A stretch of 64,000 bases of DNA from Heteronotia binoei (GCF_032191835.1 NC_083237.1:18600001-18664000); one strand, 5' to 3'. Positions 45,999-58,077 are shown, counted from the stretch's first letter. Made by a program: numbers and translations. The notes: generated by a model not told the origin, from the sequence alone.

Positions 45999-46587
45999 AC
46001 AACCTGGAAACCATCACCGTCCACCTTCCCCCAGGCAGGGGAAATATGAAAGGCATCTTCTCTTGGCTGCTGCTTTTCCCTTCCAGGAAGTCTGACATGG
46101 GAAATCACACAGGGTTTTTGGTTTTTAAATGGTGACTTCATTCAGGACCTGCTGCAGCTGATTTTTAAGGCTCAGCTACGTATTTGGGGATCTGACTGCA
46201 GATCCTCAACGTCACACCTAGCATGACTTTGAAAGAACAGACAAGGAGGGGCATCACAGGCCCCCCTCTCTCTTTTTTTTTCTGACCGATAAAGCCTTGT
46301 TTTGTTCAAAATGGTCAATCCAAGCACAGGCAGGACTGGAATGCTTTCGAGGAGCCGAGCAAAGCTATTCTCCAGGCGGAGCACACGCTCAAACGGCATT
46401 TCCCTTCCCCCATCTCTTCCCTTCAGCTCTACAATGCCCAAACAGGAGACACAACCAGCGCCATTATCCTAAGTCACGGTTCGTCTCGGTCTGCTAAGTG
46501 CCACCCTCAATACAGGCCAGAAGGCAAACTCTGCTAGATAGGCAGTGAGGGGAGGCGCACCTTCATTCCTCCCCCACCCACCCCCAG

Positions 46588-46707
46588 TCATTCACTCTGT
46601 GCCTGGTAAGCCACCGTGGCAGCAGCCTGGCTCTGGGATCCCTGCACCTTGCCATTCACCACCAGCAGCAGGGGGGTCTCCACACGGATGCTCGAGAAGG
46701 CGAATGT
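46588..46707 (-). CDS. TTC5: TTC5 last coding exon
   Basis: CAG|[39 protein letters not shown] matches the recalled human C-terminus [39 protein letters not shown] (both 39 aa). Confidence 0.93.
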   Translation of the reverse strand, partial: TFAFSSIRVETPLLLVVNGKVQGSQSQAAATVAYQAQSE

Positions 46708-46856
46708 CTGGAAAGAAAAAGGAGAGAGGGGGAGACTGAATCTTCCACCCAGTCAAATTAGGACCTGCTCCCCTGGGAATCGTAACAGTTACTGCACTGT
46801 GAAAGAGGAATGGGACTTCTGCGTTTTTGACAACTGAAAGAAAGTTGTAAAAGCAC

Positions 46857-47310
46857 TGGTTTGTGTAGTGGTTAAGTGCATGGACTCTTATATGGGAGAA
46901 CCGGATTGATTATTTGATTCCTCATTCCTCCACATGCAACGGCTGGTGACCTTTGGCAAGCCACAGTTCTGGCAGAACTGTTTCCTCAAGAGCAGTTTCT
47001 GTCAGAGCTCTCTCAGCCCCACCTCCCTCACAGGCAGTGTTCCCTCTAAGCAGTTAGTGTGAGCTAGCTCACAGTTTTTTAGCCTCCAGCTCACATGTTT
47101 TTGTCTTGGCTCAGGAAGGATGGTCCCGAGCAAACTAATTTATGCTCACTCACAACCTTTTAATGCTTGTAGCTCACAAGACTCCACAGCTTAGAGGGAG
47201 CACTGCTCACAGGGTGTCTGTTGCGGGGAGGGAATGAGAAAGAGATCGTAAGCCGCTCTGAGACTCCAAGTGAAGGGCAGAGTAGAAATCCAAACTCTTC
47301 TTCTCTTCTC
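46857..47310 (+). mobile_element. Squam3-like SINE containing a hAT MITE (47035-47205)
   Basis: Perfect TSD CTCACAGG flanks the MITE inside the SINE core. Confidence 0.85.
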
Positions 47311-47359
47311 ATTTAAAATGAAGGCTGGAGGCCTGAAAGCTGTTTTTAACCCAGATGAA

Positions 47360-47560
47360 GCTGCCTTATACTAAACCAGACCACTGGTCCATCAAAGATC
47401 AGTCTTGTCTATTCTAACCGGCAGTGGCTCTGCAGAGTCTCAGGCAGACATATTTCACATCAAATACTGCATGGTCCTTTTCAAATGAGATGCCGAGGAT
47501 TGAAGTTGAACCTGGGACCTTCTGCATGTCAAGCACAGGTTCTTCCACTGAGCCATTCCT
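47360..47560 (-). mobile_element. Squam2-like SINE
   Basis: Reverse-complement tRNA head and AAGCTGCCTTATAC tail. Confidence 0.7.
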
Positions 47561-47836
47561 GCTTGCAAAATATGTCCCCAGGGAACAATTTTCACTCAGC
47601 AACAACTGATCCATGGTTGAGCCACAGCAGCCGTATGGGGGGGGGGGGGCAAACGGCAAGTTTTGCATTGTTTCCCCCTGTTTTAAGAGTTGGTTGTTTC
47701 CAATACTCAAGGAATTCAGTTCAGCCTGCCCCAACTATGCAACTTCGGGGGTCTGGGATTATATGAGGCCCCTTGCTCATGCTAGGTGCTGGAGCACGGA
47801 AAGGCAGGGTGGAAGGAGAGGGCAACCCAGGCTCAC

Positions 47837-47983
47837 CTTGCCTGATGCTGGATGTGATGGTGCCGAAGGTGAGGCTCGGGAATAGCCACCGAGTCCCCAA
47901 TCAGAACCCCCCAGCTTTGGGCCATGTTGTAAACGGTCACAGCAAAACAGGAGCCCTCAGCGGAGTCCGTCAAGCCAAAAGTG
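47837..47983 (-). CDS. TTC5: TTC5 penultimate coding exon (147 nt, 1 nt short for frame)
   Basis: [47 protein letters not shown] versus human [48 protein letters not shown]; AG and GTGAG boundaries. Confidence 0.92.
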
Positions 47984-48283
47984 CTGTAAAGAAATAGAAA
48001 GGAAAGGACGAAAAAGCATCCAGGTGCATCAGTGAGGGTGAGTGGAGAGACAAGCATTCCCGCATAATACACAATGACAAACTGATGACGCTTGGGTGAG
48101 GTTTGTTTTGTTTAAGCTGAATGGAGCTCTTAACTGTTTCTCTTGTGTTGAGTCCCTACTTTGAGGAAAAGCAGAATATAAATATTTTAAACAAATAACA
48201 AATAAAAGATTCAAGAAGCTGGTTGTGTCCTATGAAGTTCTAGAACTGATGCCTAAACTGAGCTAAAAATGTCCTGTTATAAA

Positions 48284-48556
48284 GAAGAAGAATTGCAGAT
48301 TTATACCCTGCCCTTCTCTCTGAATCAGAGACTCAAAGCGGCTTACAATCTCCTATATCTTCTCCCCCCACAACAGATCCTGTGAGGTGGGTGGGGCTGA
48401 GAGAGCTCTCACAGCAGCTGCCCTTTCAAGGACAACTCCTCCGAGAGCTATGCTGACCCCAGGCCATTCCAGTAGCTACAAATGGAGGAGTGGGGAATCA
48501 AACCCGGTTATCCCAGATAAGAGTCTGCACACTTCACCACTACACCAAACTGACTC
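48284..48556 (-). mobile_element. Squam3-like SINE
   Basis: Full-length reverse-complement match. Confidence 0.85.
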
Positions 48557-48967
48557 TAAAACACATCAAAACGCACCAATCCACCCCATTTGAATGCCAA
48601 GGGTACCTAGAGGGGAGCTCTTGGTAGATTATTCTTGTTGGAACTGCCTTTGCTTGGAGGTCTACTGAAACCTTAGCCTGAACACATTTCGGAATCAAAG
48701 TCAACATATTTCTTTTTATTTAAGCAAGCAAACATTAGAAGAGTGAAAAAAGGGGAACTGGGGAGAGCTCCTGCCGGTTGCAGTTCTCAGCTGTGTTTTT
48801 GTCCCTTGCCTGTAGACCTAAAGGCTGGGTAAAGCCAGAGGCACCAACCCTCGGAGGACAGCCAAAGGGCTAGTTGAATAAGAAAAAGAGAATGAAATTA
48901 GCAAAGGCAAAAGCTACGCGTACAGGGGGGCCATGGAGAGATTGACACATGTGGGATGGATACTCAC

Positions 48968-49179
48968 AAAGGCACCTTCTCCTCTGTGGTCAGGCTGAAG
49001 AGAACTTTTCCCAGCACCACAGTGCCTGGGTTAACCCCAGCCCTCAGGGTGTTCAGGGGCCGCTGCTTCAGCTCCACCTTCTGACCCGAAGGGCCCTGGT
49101 AACGTCCATCCCCACAGGGGCCTAGCTGAGAGGGACGCAGGCTTCCCAGCATGCTTTGCAGCCTCTTCCCTTTCACCTT
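48968..49179 (-). CDS. TTC5: TTC5 third-last coding exon, 5' edge lost in the gap
   Basis: [34 protein letters not shown]...[23 protein letters not shown]|GTGAGT matches human [25 protein letters not shown]...[12 protein letters not shown]. Confidence 0.93.
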
Positions 49180-49279
49180 NNNNNNNNNNNNNNNNNNNNN
49201 NNNNNNNNNNNNNNNNNNNNNNNNNNNNNNNNNNNNNNNNNNNNNNNNNNNNNNNNNNNNNNNNNNNNNNNNNNNNNNN
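49180..49279. other. Assembly gap, exactly 100 N (likely unsized)
   Basis: Round-number gap, unlike the three other gaps. Confidence 0.95.
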
Positions 49280-49458
49280 CGGGCCGCCCCGCTTATATAC
49301 ATAACCCCGGTTCAGCCTACTGGACAGGTCAGGCCAATAGTGGCCTGTTGAACTTCCCGCCGCTGCTGGTGATGGGCGGGGCTCGTCGTGCCTTGCGCTG
49401 GGCGTCCAGCCCCCTGGTCGCCGTCGCGCAAGGCCTGGCGCACTGCCGATACACTACA
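49280..49458 (-). repeat. Gypsy 3' LTR (partial)
   Basis: Identical to the 5' LTR except 2 nt at the contig edge. Confidence 0.92.
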
Positions 49459-52400
49459 CCCCTCCCCTCCTAGTGAATGCACATAGTCTTGAAGATAAGC
49501 TGGGGGTCGCCGTTCCCTGGTGGACCGGCGGAGGGTTTCCGGGGGGATCCCGGCTGCCGGTGGTTCCGTTGGCGGTGGTGTCGCCGCGGCTGCTGGTCCG
49601 ATTCTGCCGGTCTATCGGTTGCTGCCGGCCCGGCCGCTTCCGGTGTCGGGATATTTGGGGGGGGGGATGCGTCCTCGGTTGAGCCCTGGGCGCTCCTCCC
49701 TGGGTTTCCCCTCTTCCCACCCCACTGGTTCCTCCGGTATTATGCGGCGGCGTAATTTGGTCAATGTGCCGCCTTACTACCTGGCCCCCCTCTGTGGATA
49801 TGTCGTAGTGGCGGGAACCCGTGACCCTCAGTACTCGTCCCGCCACCCACTCGGGGCCCCTGGCGTAGTTCCGTGTGTACACTGGATCGCCCGCAAAGAA
49901 CCCCCGGGCTGCATCCCTGACCTCGGGGTCCCCGCGAATGTCTGAAGCCCTGTCTGGGTGCAGCCTGTCGAGTCGTGTAATGAGCTTGCGCCCCATTAGG
50001 AGTTCTGCGGGACTCACCCCGGTGGCGGGGTTGGGAATCACCCGGTTGTCGAATAGGAAGGCCGCTAGCCGGTGTTCCCAATCTGCCTGCACTATCCGGC
50101 TTAGGGCCTCCTTTGTAGTGCGCACCATGCGCTCGGCTTGGCCGTTGGTGGCCGGATGGAACGGGGCGGACCGTATGTGTTTGATGAGGTACCTCTGGAG
50201 GAACGCCTGGAATTCCCCCGAGGTAAACGCCGCCCCGTTATCCGAGACGATGGTGTCCGGGATGCCGTGGGTGCATAATGCCCTGCGTAGGCCCGGATGG
50301 CAGAGGCTGAGGATGTGGATGCTACAGGAAAAACCTCCAGCCATTTGGTGTAGGCGTCCACGATAATCAGGAAGATTTGCCCCTGAAAGGGCCCGGCGAA
50401 ATCGAGGTGAAGCCTCGACCACGGCTTCCTGGAGGGTTCCCAACGTGTGGTGGGGTGCGCTAGGCGGATCGGGCCTCGACTCCTGGCAGGCCTGGCACCC
50501 CCTCACCCAGCTCTCGATTTCCCCGTCCATCCCCGGCCACCATACGTAGCTTCTGGCCAGGGCCTTCATGCGAACTATGCCGGAGTGGGTCTCGTGTAGG
50601 GACTCTAATACCCGCTTTTGTAACGGGGGCGGCACCACCACCCTGCTTCCCCATAAGAGGCACCCTTTGTGGGCTGTCAGTTCCTCCCTCCTGGTCTTGT
50701 AGGGTTTGAATTCCTCCCCCATGTTCCCCTCCGGCCACCCCCTCACCACCCAGTCGAGCACCCGTGCCAGTATCTTGTGTTTCTGAGTGGCCTTGGCGAC
50801 CTCCGCCGCGTGTAGGGGTTGTTCCGGGAGGCTTTCCACTAGCATGATATGGTGCGCGGGGGCTGGGTCTGGACCCTCCTCAGGCAGCGGCAACCTACTG
50901 AGGGCGTCTGCGTGGCCCATGGATTTGCCTGCCCAGTGGACTAGAGTGTACATGTAGGAGTTCAGGAACTGGTTCCACCTCAGTACCCTCTGGGACAGGA
51001 TTTGGGGGTTTGGCGGTCCGGCGCTAGAAGACCCAAGAGCGGTTTGTGGTCAGTGGCGATCGTAAACCTACGCCCGTAAAGATAATCATTGAACTTGTGG
51101 ACCCCCGCTACTATGGCCAGCGCCTCCTTATCGATCTGCGCGTAATTGCACTCAGCCTGCGTGAGGGTGCGAGAGTAATATGCTACTGGCACCTCCCTCC
51201 GTCCGGGAGTTGGTGCCCGAGGACGGCGCCCACTCCCGTATGGCGATGCGTCGCAAGCCAGTATGACCGGAAGGTTCTCGTCAAAGTGGTGGAGCACCGC
51301 ATTGGAGACCAGCGTGTCCTTCACCGCCTGAAACGCGGCGGCTTGGCGTTTGCCCCAGACTAGCAGCCTGTGTAGGGGTTCCGCCAGGGCTGCCTTGTGT
51401 GGGAGGAACATGTGGTAAAAATTTAATAGGCCCAAGAAGCTTTGGAGTTCGGCCTTGCATTTTGGGGCTGGGGCCTGGACAATGGCTCGTGTTTTCTCCT
51501 CCGTTGGGTGGATCCCTGCTGCGTCTACAGCGAACCCCAGGAACTCCACTCGCGGGACGCCCAGTAAAAACTTTTCCCGCTTGACCTTGAGCCCCGCTGA
51601 CTGGAACCGACGGAGTACTTCTCGGAGGCGGTTGTTGAATTCCTCTGGGTCCGGGGCGGTGATTAGAACATCGTCAAAAAACGGTTGGACTCCAGGGATT
51701 CCTTTAAGGAGAGCATCCATTATGCTTTGGAAGATCCCTGGAGCCACGCTCACACCCGAACTGTAGCCTCCGCACCCTGAAAGCCCCCCTGTGAGTAACT
51801 ATGGTTTGGGCCTCTGCCGTTTTTTCATCTACCGGGAGCTGTTGATAGGCCTGTGCCAGGTCCAGCTTCCCAAAGATTTTAGACCCGGCTAGGGCCGCCA
51901 GGACGTGGCTTACTACCGGGACGGGGTACGGATTGTCTTGAAGTGCCCTGTTTATGGTGCATTTGTAGTCGGCGCATATGCGCACCTCTCCGTTGGGCTT
52001 AACGGTGTGACTATTGGGGTCTCCCACGTGGCGTACTCTACTGGCTCCAGTACCCCCTGGGCCGTTAATCGGTCCAGTTCTGCCTCAATCTTAGGCTTGA
52101 GCGCGAACGGCACCCGCCTGGCCTTGAGCCTAATGGGTCGGACTGTGGGGTCCAGCGGTAGGGAGATGGCCGGCCCCTTGTAGCTGCCTAGGGACCCATC
52201 GAACACATCGGGGAACTCTCGGCATACGTCCCCGACCCCGCTGGTGGATAGGATTTGCCCCACCCCCTCCAGCCGTATTCCCAGGGGTTTAAACCATGCC
52301 AGCTCCAACAGGGTGGTTAGCTGGCGCTTGACCACCAAAATGTCCAACCGCCCCTTGAAGGACCCCCGCTCTACATTCACCGGGCCCACCCCGCGGTCTG

Positions 52401-53549
52401 GACCGGGTTCTTCTGGAAGTCTCTTAGAACAAAGTCCGCTGGTCTTGTCTGAAACCACCTCCGGGGCACAGGTCTCTCAGGGTCTCCTCCGATATAATCG
52501 AAATGGAGGAACCGAGTCCACCTCCATTTTGCATGAAGCGCCCTCGATGCGGACCGCCATTTTGATTTTGTTAGGGACGCATGGGGGCAAGTTCAGTACC
52601 TGTAGGGAGGTGGATGCGGTGGAGTGGTAGTCCGCCGACTCTTGGTGTGTGGCTGGCCTTCGACGGCCCGTTCTGGCCCGGCAGGCCCTCGCGATGTGCC
52701 CGGTCTTTCCGCAGCTCCGGCAGTCCCAGGTCCTGTATTGGCAGTCCCGCCTGTCGTGGGGGCCCCCGCAACTGGCGCACTTGGGGCAGGCGGCCTTTCC
52801 GCCGATGGGGGCCGTTCGGACCGCTCGGGGGCGCTGCGAAGCTCGGTTGGGCGGGCCGGCCGGTGGCCGGCGCAGCTGGTGGGCTTCTCCCTCCTCTGGG
52901 CGATCCTGGTCCAGGTCCTCGTGGTGCACGGCGTCCGGCCGACCCCGGGGGAAGGTCTTCGAGGTCCGCTCGAACGCCACAGCCTCGCTGAAGGCGCTCT
53001 GTAGGGTGAGCTCTTAATTGGCGAAGAGCTTCTGTTGAAGCCTCTCGTCGCGGAGACCCCACGTGAAGCGATCGGCCAGGGTCTCATCCAGCTGGGGGAA
53101 GTTGCAGTTCCCGGCGATCTTGCGGAGAGCCGCCAGGTAGTCGGCGGCCGATTCCCCCACCGCCTGGTCCCTTCTGTGGAACAGGAACCGACGGGCCACC
53201 CTCGAAGGCTGTGGCAAGAAATGGCCGGTGAGGAGCCTGATGATCTCCTCTTAGGACTTCTCCGTGAGGCGGACGGGAGCCGAGAGACCCTTGGCGATCT
53301 CGAACGTGGCTGGCCCGCAGACGCTTAGGAGAACGTCCCTCTTCGTGCCGGCGTCGGTGATCTTGTTGGCCCTGAGGTAGAACTCGACCCCGCTCCGCGT
53401 AGGACTCCCAGCCCTCGGGATTGGCGGGGTCGAATGTCTCGATGTAGCTGGTGGTCTCGCTCTGGGTGGCCATGGCGGTGGTGGTGGTCGGTGGTTGCCC
53501 TCGATCTCCGTCGTAGCCGATGAGGCTAGGATCCCACCTTCGTCGCCAG

Positions 53550-53805
53550 TGTAACGTACTCAAACAGGAGACGCAAGTCGGGCAACATTCTTTATTGGGA
53601 GCACGTTGCAAGAGAGGGAACATGCGGGCCGGGCCCCGCTTATATACATAACCCCGGTTCAGCCTACTGGACAGGTCAGGCCAATAGTGGCCTGTTGAAC
53701 TTCCCGCCGCTGCTGGTGATGGGCGGGGCTCGTCGTGCCTTGCGCTGGGCGTCCAGCCCCCTGGTCGCCGTCGCGCAAGGCCTGGCGCACTGCCGATACA
53801 CTACA
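53550..53805 (-). repeat. Gypsy 5' LTR, 256 bp
   Basis: TG...CA termini, with TATATAA and AATAAA on the minus strand. Confidence 0.93.
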
Positions 53806-55190
53806 AGACCCTTTCCCTGTTCAGTGTTTATTGGATTGCTCAGGTAGGCAGCCCCCAAATTAGTCAAAGGTTATGGATGGTCACGGTGGAGCTTGCCATT
53901 TTCCTAGTAGAGACTGCATCAAGGGATTTCACAAAGAACTCTTTGTGAAATGGAACAAAGGTCTTGCCATGCAAGAGGAGGCTCTTGACAACACAACACC
54001 ACCAAATTTCAAATGCAGTATGTAGATCCCTTTGTACAAACGAATAATTTGTTGTTGTTAATGACAGTCCCAGATGTATGATTTTCATGTGCTCCATGAA
54101 GTAGGCACCACAAATTTGTCCTCACTATTTTACAGTGAATTTTAAATGCCACAAGGCCCTGATGTGCCATTGGTTTATTGTATGGAGCTCTTGTAGAGTT
54201 CTGTGCCACACCAGATCAGGGCCTTGTGGATTTTGGTACTATTTGGAGGATTTTGCGTGGCTCAGTATGGCTTCGACCCCTCAAAACATACATGGAATTT
54301 ACAACCACATGCTAGTTTTCTGCATGCATGGATTTTTATGATTCTGTAGCATTGCCCCTTTCCACATTTGATTTCAGATAATGATCCACACACATTGAAA
54401 ATAATGGAATAATAAATATATAGCTCAGGAAAACAGCAGTTACCTGTGGAAATCACCTGGGAGCAGCCTATCTCCAGAGAGAGAGCTTGTTTTGCTGAGT
54501 AATTAATAATAATATAATAATAATAAATTTTTATTTGTATCCCGCCCTCCCCGCCGAAGCAGACAATTATATTGTCCTTGAGGGACAGAGCCACCAGATA
54601 CTTATACACTCTTCCTTCCTATCAAGTCTACCCAATACCCCACTATTGTACACCCCAAGGACAATAAAATTGATGTGCCAATGGTTTATTGTATGGAGCT
54701 CTTGTAGAGTTCTGTGCCACACCAGATCAAGCCTTGTGGATTTTGGTACTGTCTGGAGGATTTTGAATGGCTCACTATGGCTTCTACCCCTCAAAACATA
54801 CATGGAATTTACAATCACATGCTAGTCTTCTGCATGCATGGATTTTTATGATTCTGCAGCATTGCCCCTTTCCACAGAAAGAACATCAGTGGAACAGAGT
54901 GGCGGGTGACCATGTTTTTGGAGAAGAATCTTCCTTCACTTTTGCTATTATCACAGAATTCAGCTGCATGGCCATAATGTATTGCATTTGATTTCAGATA
55001 ATGATTCACACACATTGAAATAATGGAACAATAAATAAATATACAGCTCAGGAAAACAGCGGTTACCTGTGGAAATCACCTGGGAGCAGCCCATCTCCAG
55101 AGAGAGCTTGTTTTGCTGAGTAATTATATTGTCCTTGAGGGACAGGGGCCACCAGATACATATACACTCTTCCTTCCTATCAAGCCTACC
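53806..55190 (+). repeat. Left arm of inverted segmental duplication, including a ~0.5-kb tandem duplication
   Basis: Aligns in reverse to 55985-56505 and 61529-61880; its first ~300 bp is also homologous to 19585-19850. Confidence 0.85.
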
Positions 55191-55984
55191 TAATACCCCA
55201 CTACTGTACACCCCAAGGAGACACAAGAAATAGCACATGTGCTATGGTGTATCATCTTCTGGATAAAGCATCACATTGAATACTATTGAAGTGCAGAAAA
55301 GGAATCTCCAAGGCATATGGGGGAGAGCTTACAGGGCTCTCAGTACAGGGTCTACTGTAAGCTCCTGGAGGATTGGCTACATCAGAGGTGTGTGACCTAA
55401 TATCCAAAGGAGCTCCTGCTAGAATTCCACCTCTGGATGCCACAGAGGAGGGAGGGGTCCCCAATATGGTGCCCATAGGCATTACAATGCTCACCAAAGT
55501 TTATTTATTACTTTAGATTTCTATCCTGCCCTCTCCGCAAGCAGACTCAGTTCTGTCAGACAGTCAGTTCAAACATCTACAACATCTCTCCTGGCTTAGA
55601 TGCTGAAGGCCTGTTGAAATAGTTCAGTTTTGCAGGCCGTGCAGAATTGAGAGAGATCCCGCAGGGATCCCGTGTGGAACACAGTCTGGCCTACCTTGGT
55701 CAGGAGATAGATAGTAGGTTTTGTGTCCCTGAATGCAATGCTCTCTGGGGAACATGCAGAGAAAGACAGTCCTATAGATAGGCAGGCCCTTGACCATAGA
55801 AGGCTTTAAATGTCAATACCAACACCTTGAAGTAGAGGCACCAAAATTGCAGCATAGCATCTGCTGCCTCTCCCCAAAATAACCTCCAAGGTGTCCAATT
55901 TTATGAGCCCCAAAACAAGGTGCTCCTATCCTTCATTATTTCCGATAGAGGAAGGCATTTAAAAGGTTTGTGGTCTCTTTAAAT

Positions 55985-56505
55985 GGGTAGGCTTGATAGG
56001 AAGGAAGAGTGTATATGTATCTGGTGGCCCTGTCCCTCAAGGACAATATAATTACTCAGCAAAACAAGCCCTCTCTCTGGAGATGGGCTGCTCCCAGGTG
56101 ATTTCCACAGGTAACTGCTGTTTTCCTGAGCTATATATTCATTTATTATTCCATTATTTTCAATGTGTGTGGACCATTATCTGAAATCAAATGCAGTACA
56201 TTATGGCCATGCAGCTGGATTCTGTGATAATAGCAAAAGTGAAGGAAGATTCTTCTCCAAAAACATGGTCACCCGTCACTCTGTTCCACTGATGGTCTTT
56301 CTGTGGAAAGGGGCAATGCTGCAGAATCGTAAAAATCCATGCATGCAGATAACTAGCATGTGATTGTAAATTCCATGTATGTTTTGAGCAGTAGAAGCCA
56401 TAGTGAGCCATGCAAAATCCTCCAAACAGTATCAAAATCCACAAGGCCCTGATTTGGTGTGGCACAGAACTCTGCAAGAGCTCCACACAATAAGTCATTG
56501 GCACA
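55985..56505 (-). repeat. Right arm of inverted duplication, inner part
   Basis: Reverse complement of 54671-55190. Confidence 0.88.
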
Positions 56506-57363
56506 TTCGGAAGCTTGCAGCTTGCAGCGTAGCTGCTAGGCTGCTTCTGCGCTGTTTGCCTCCCTGGGAGGGAGGAGTCAGAAGTCGCCCGTTTGGGGCG
56601 CAATGTGAGGGGCGGGGCTAGCAGCTTTAACAGCTAGCTCCACGTTCCCCTCAGTTCTCTCCGTCGTTGATCGGCGCAGCAGCTTCGGGGAGGCTTCGTT
56701 GCAGGCTCTTCCGATTGGAAGGTCAGGAGCCTGTCGCTGCATCGGCGGGCCGTTCCTTCGCCTGAGGATCATCTTAGGCGGCGTTTTGGCAGCGGCGTCT
56801 GGCTGAGTCTCCGGGAGTTTGAGCTGCATTGGGCTGGGGTGGTCAGCCTTTCTGTGAGGGGGGTCATTGGTGTTTGAGCGAGCTGTCTGGCTACAAGGGT
56901 CTCTGGATGGGGGTTTTCTTGAGAGGTGGGGTGGTCTGCCTCCCCCCCTTTTTATTTTTCAGGAAGAGGACAGCCTGGAGGGATGTGGGCTCTGTGGTCA
57001 ATCTCCAGCATCTCCAGCTATAAAGGGTACAGGCAGATAGCTGTGAAAAACCTCAGCCTGCTACCCTGACGGCCAGGAGGGACAGGGGCTTGGTGGTCAT
57101 CTCTAGCATCTCCAACTATAAGGGGTGCAGGCAGTTAGGCATGAAAGACCTTAGCCTGCGATCCTGAAGTGGTCATTTTGAGGCTATGGTCTGCCTCCCC
57201 CCCCCCCCCCGTTTTTTAAGGGAGTAGTTTGCCTTGGCGGGTTGGAGGGGACCATTGGTGGCCGTTTTAGTACTGTTGCTAGGGAGGCTATGGTCTGCCT
57301 CCCCCCCCCCCAGTTTTTTAAGGGTGTAGTTTGCCTTGGCAGGTTGGAGGGGACCATTGGTGG

Positions 57364-57866
57364 TAGGGTTGCCAAGTCCAATTCAAGAAATATCTGGGTA
57401 CTTTGAGGGTGGAGCCAGGAGACTTTGGGGGCGGAGCCATGAACAAGGGTGTGACAAGCATAATTGAACTCCAAGGGAGTTCTGGCCATCGCATTTAAAG
57501 GGACAGCACACCTTTTAGAATGCCTTCTTCCATAGAAAATAATGAAGGATAGGGGCACCTTCTTTTGGGGCTCATAGAATTGGACCCCCTGGTCCAATCC
57601 TTTTGAAACTTGGGAGGTGTTTTGGGGAGAGGCACTAGATGCTATACGGAAAATTTGGCACCTCTGCCTCAAAAAACAGGGACCCCCCCCCCCCAGAGCC
57701 CCTGACACCCGCAGATCAATTCCCCATCATTCCCTATGGGAATTGTTCCTGGAGGTGCATAATGACTGTGGGGTGGAGCTTCTCCCGCCGGCCAGCTGGC
57801 TGGGGGAGCGGGGAAGCCTGTAAAACCAGGGGATCCCCTGCTGGGACCTGGGGATTGGGAAGCCTA
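57364..57866. mobile_element. hAT MITE nested in the Ngaro 5' region
   Basis: TAGGGTTGCC / GGAAGCCTA termini, with TSD ATTGGTGG/TTTGGTGG. Confidence 0.75.
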
Positions 57867-58077
57867 TTTGGTGGCCATTTTAGTACTGTTGTTAGGTGGC
57901 CATTTTCTGCCCTTTCTTGGAGTGAGATAGGGCATTTAAGAGGCTAGTGGCAGCCATTTTGTGTGTCTTCCCTGGGGAAAGGGAGTGCAGCCATTTTGCT
58001 TACTTGTTGAGAGAGTGGAGCGGCCATCTTAAGTCTCCTTTCTTGTAGGGTGTGGTGGCCATTTTAGGACTGGATTA

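Larger units (their letters stand above)
49280..53805 (-). mobile_element. Ty3/Gypsy LTR retrotransposon (gag-PR-RT-RH-IN), disrupted
   Basis: CCHC knuckle CRSCGKTGHIARAC, RICADYK, KLDLAQAY, FFDD, CDASPYG, TDHKPL, HHCC integrase; PBS-like TGGCGACGA next to the 5' LTR; PPT GGAGGGGAGGGG at 49459-49470. Confidence 0.93.

Noticed and set aside
12018-49473. ORFs containing X runs
   Set aside because: They read through N gaps and are artifacts.
49280-53805. Bacterial contamination or horizontal gene transfer suggested by high GC
   Set aside because: LTRs, PBS, PPT and gag-pol domains identify a Gypsy element; the overlapping antisense ORFs reflect GC richness.
54815-56363. Conserved 66-aa ORF (MCVNHYLKSN...) present twice
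   Set aside because: Similarity is explained by the DNA-level duplication, the third unit has it deleted, and I recognise no domain.
57180-57360. CRISPR-like or functional repeat array
   Set aside because: Only two ~95-bp tandem units with no spacers, in a eukaryotic retroelement.
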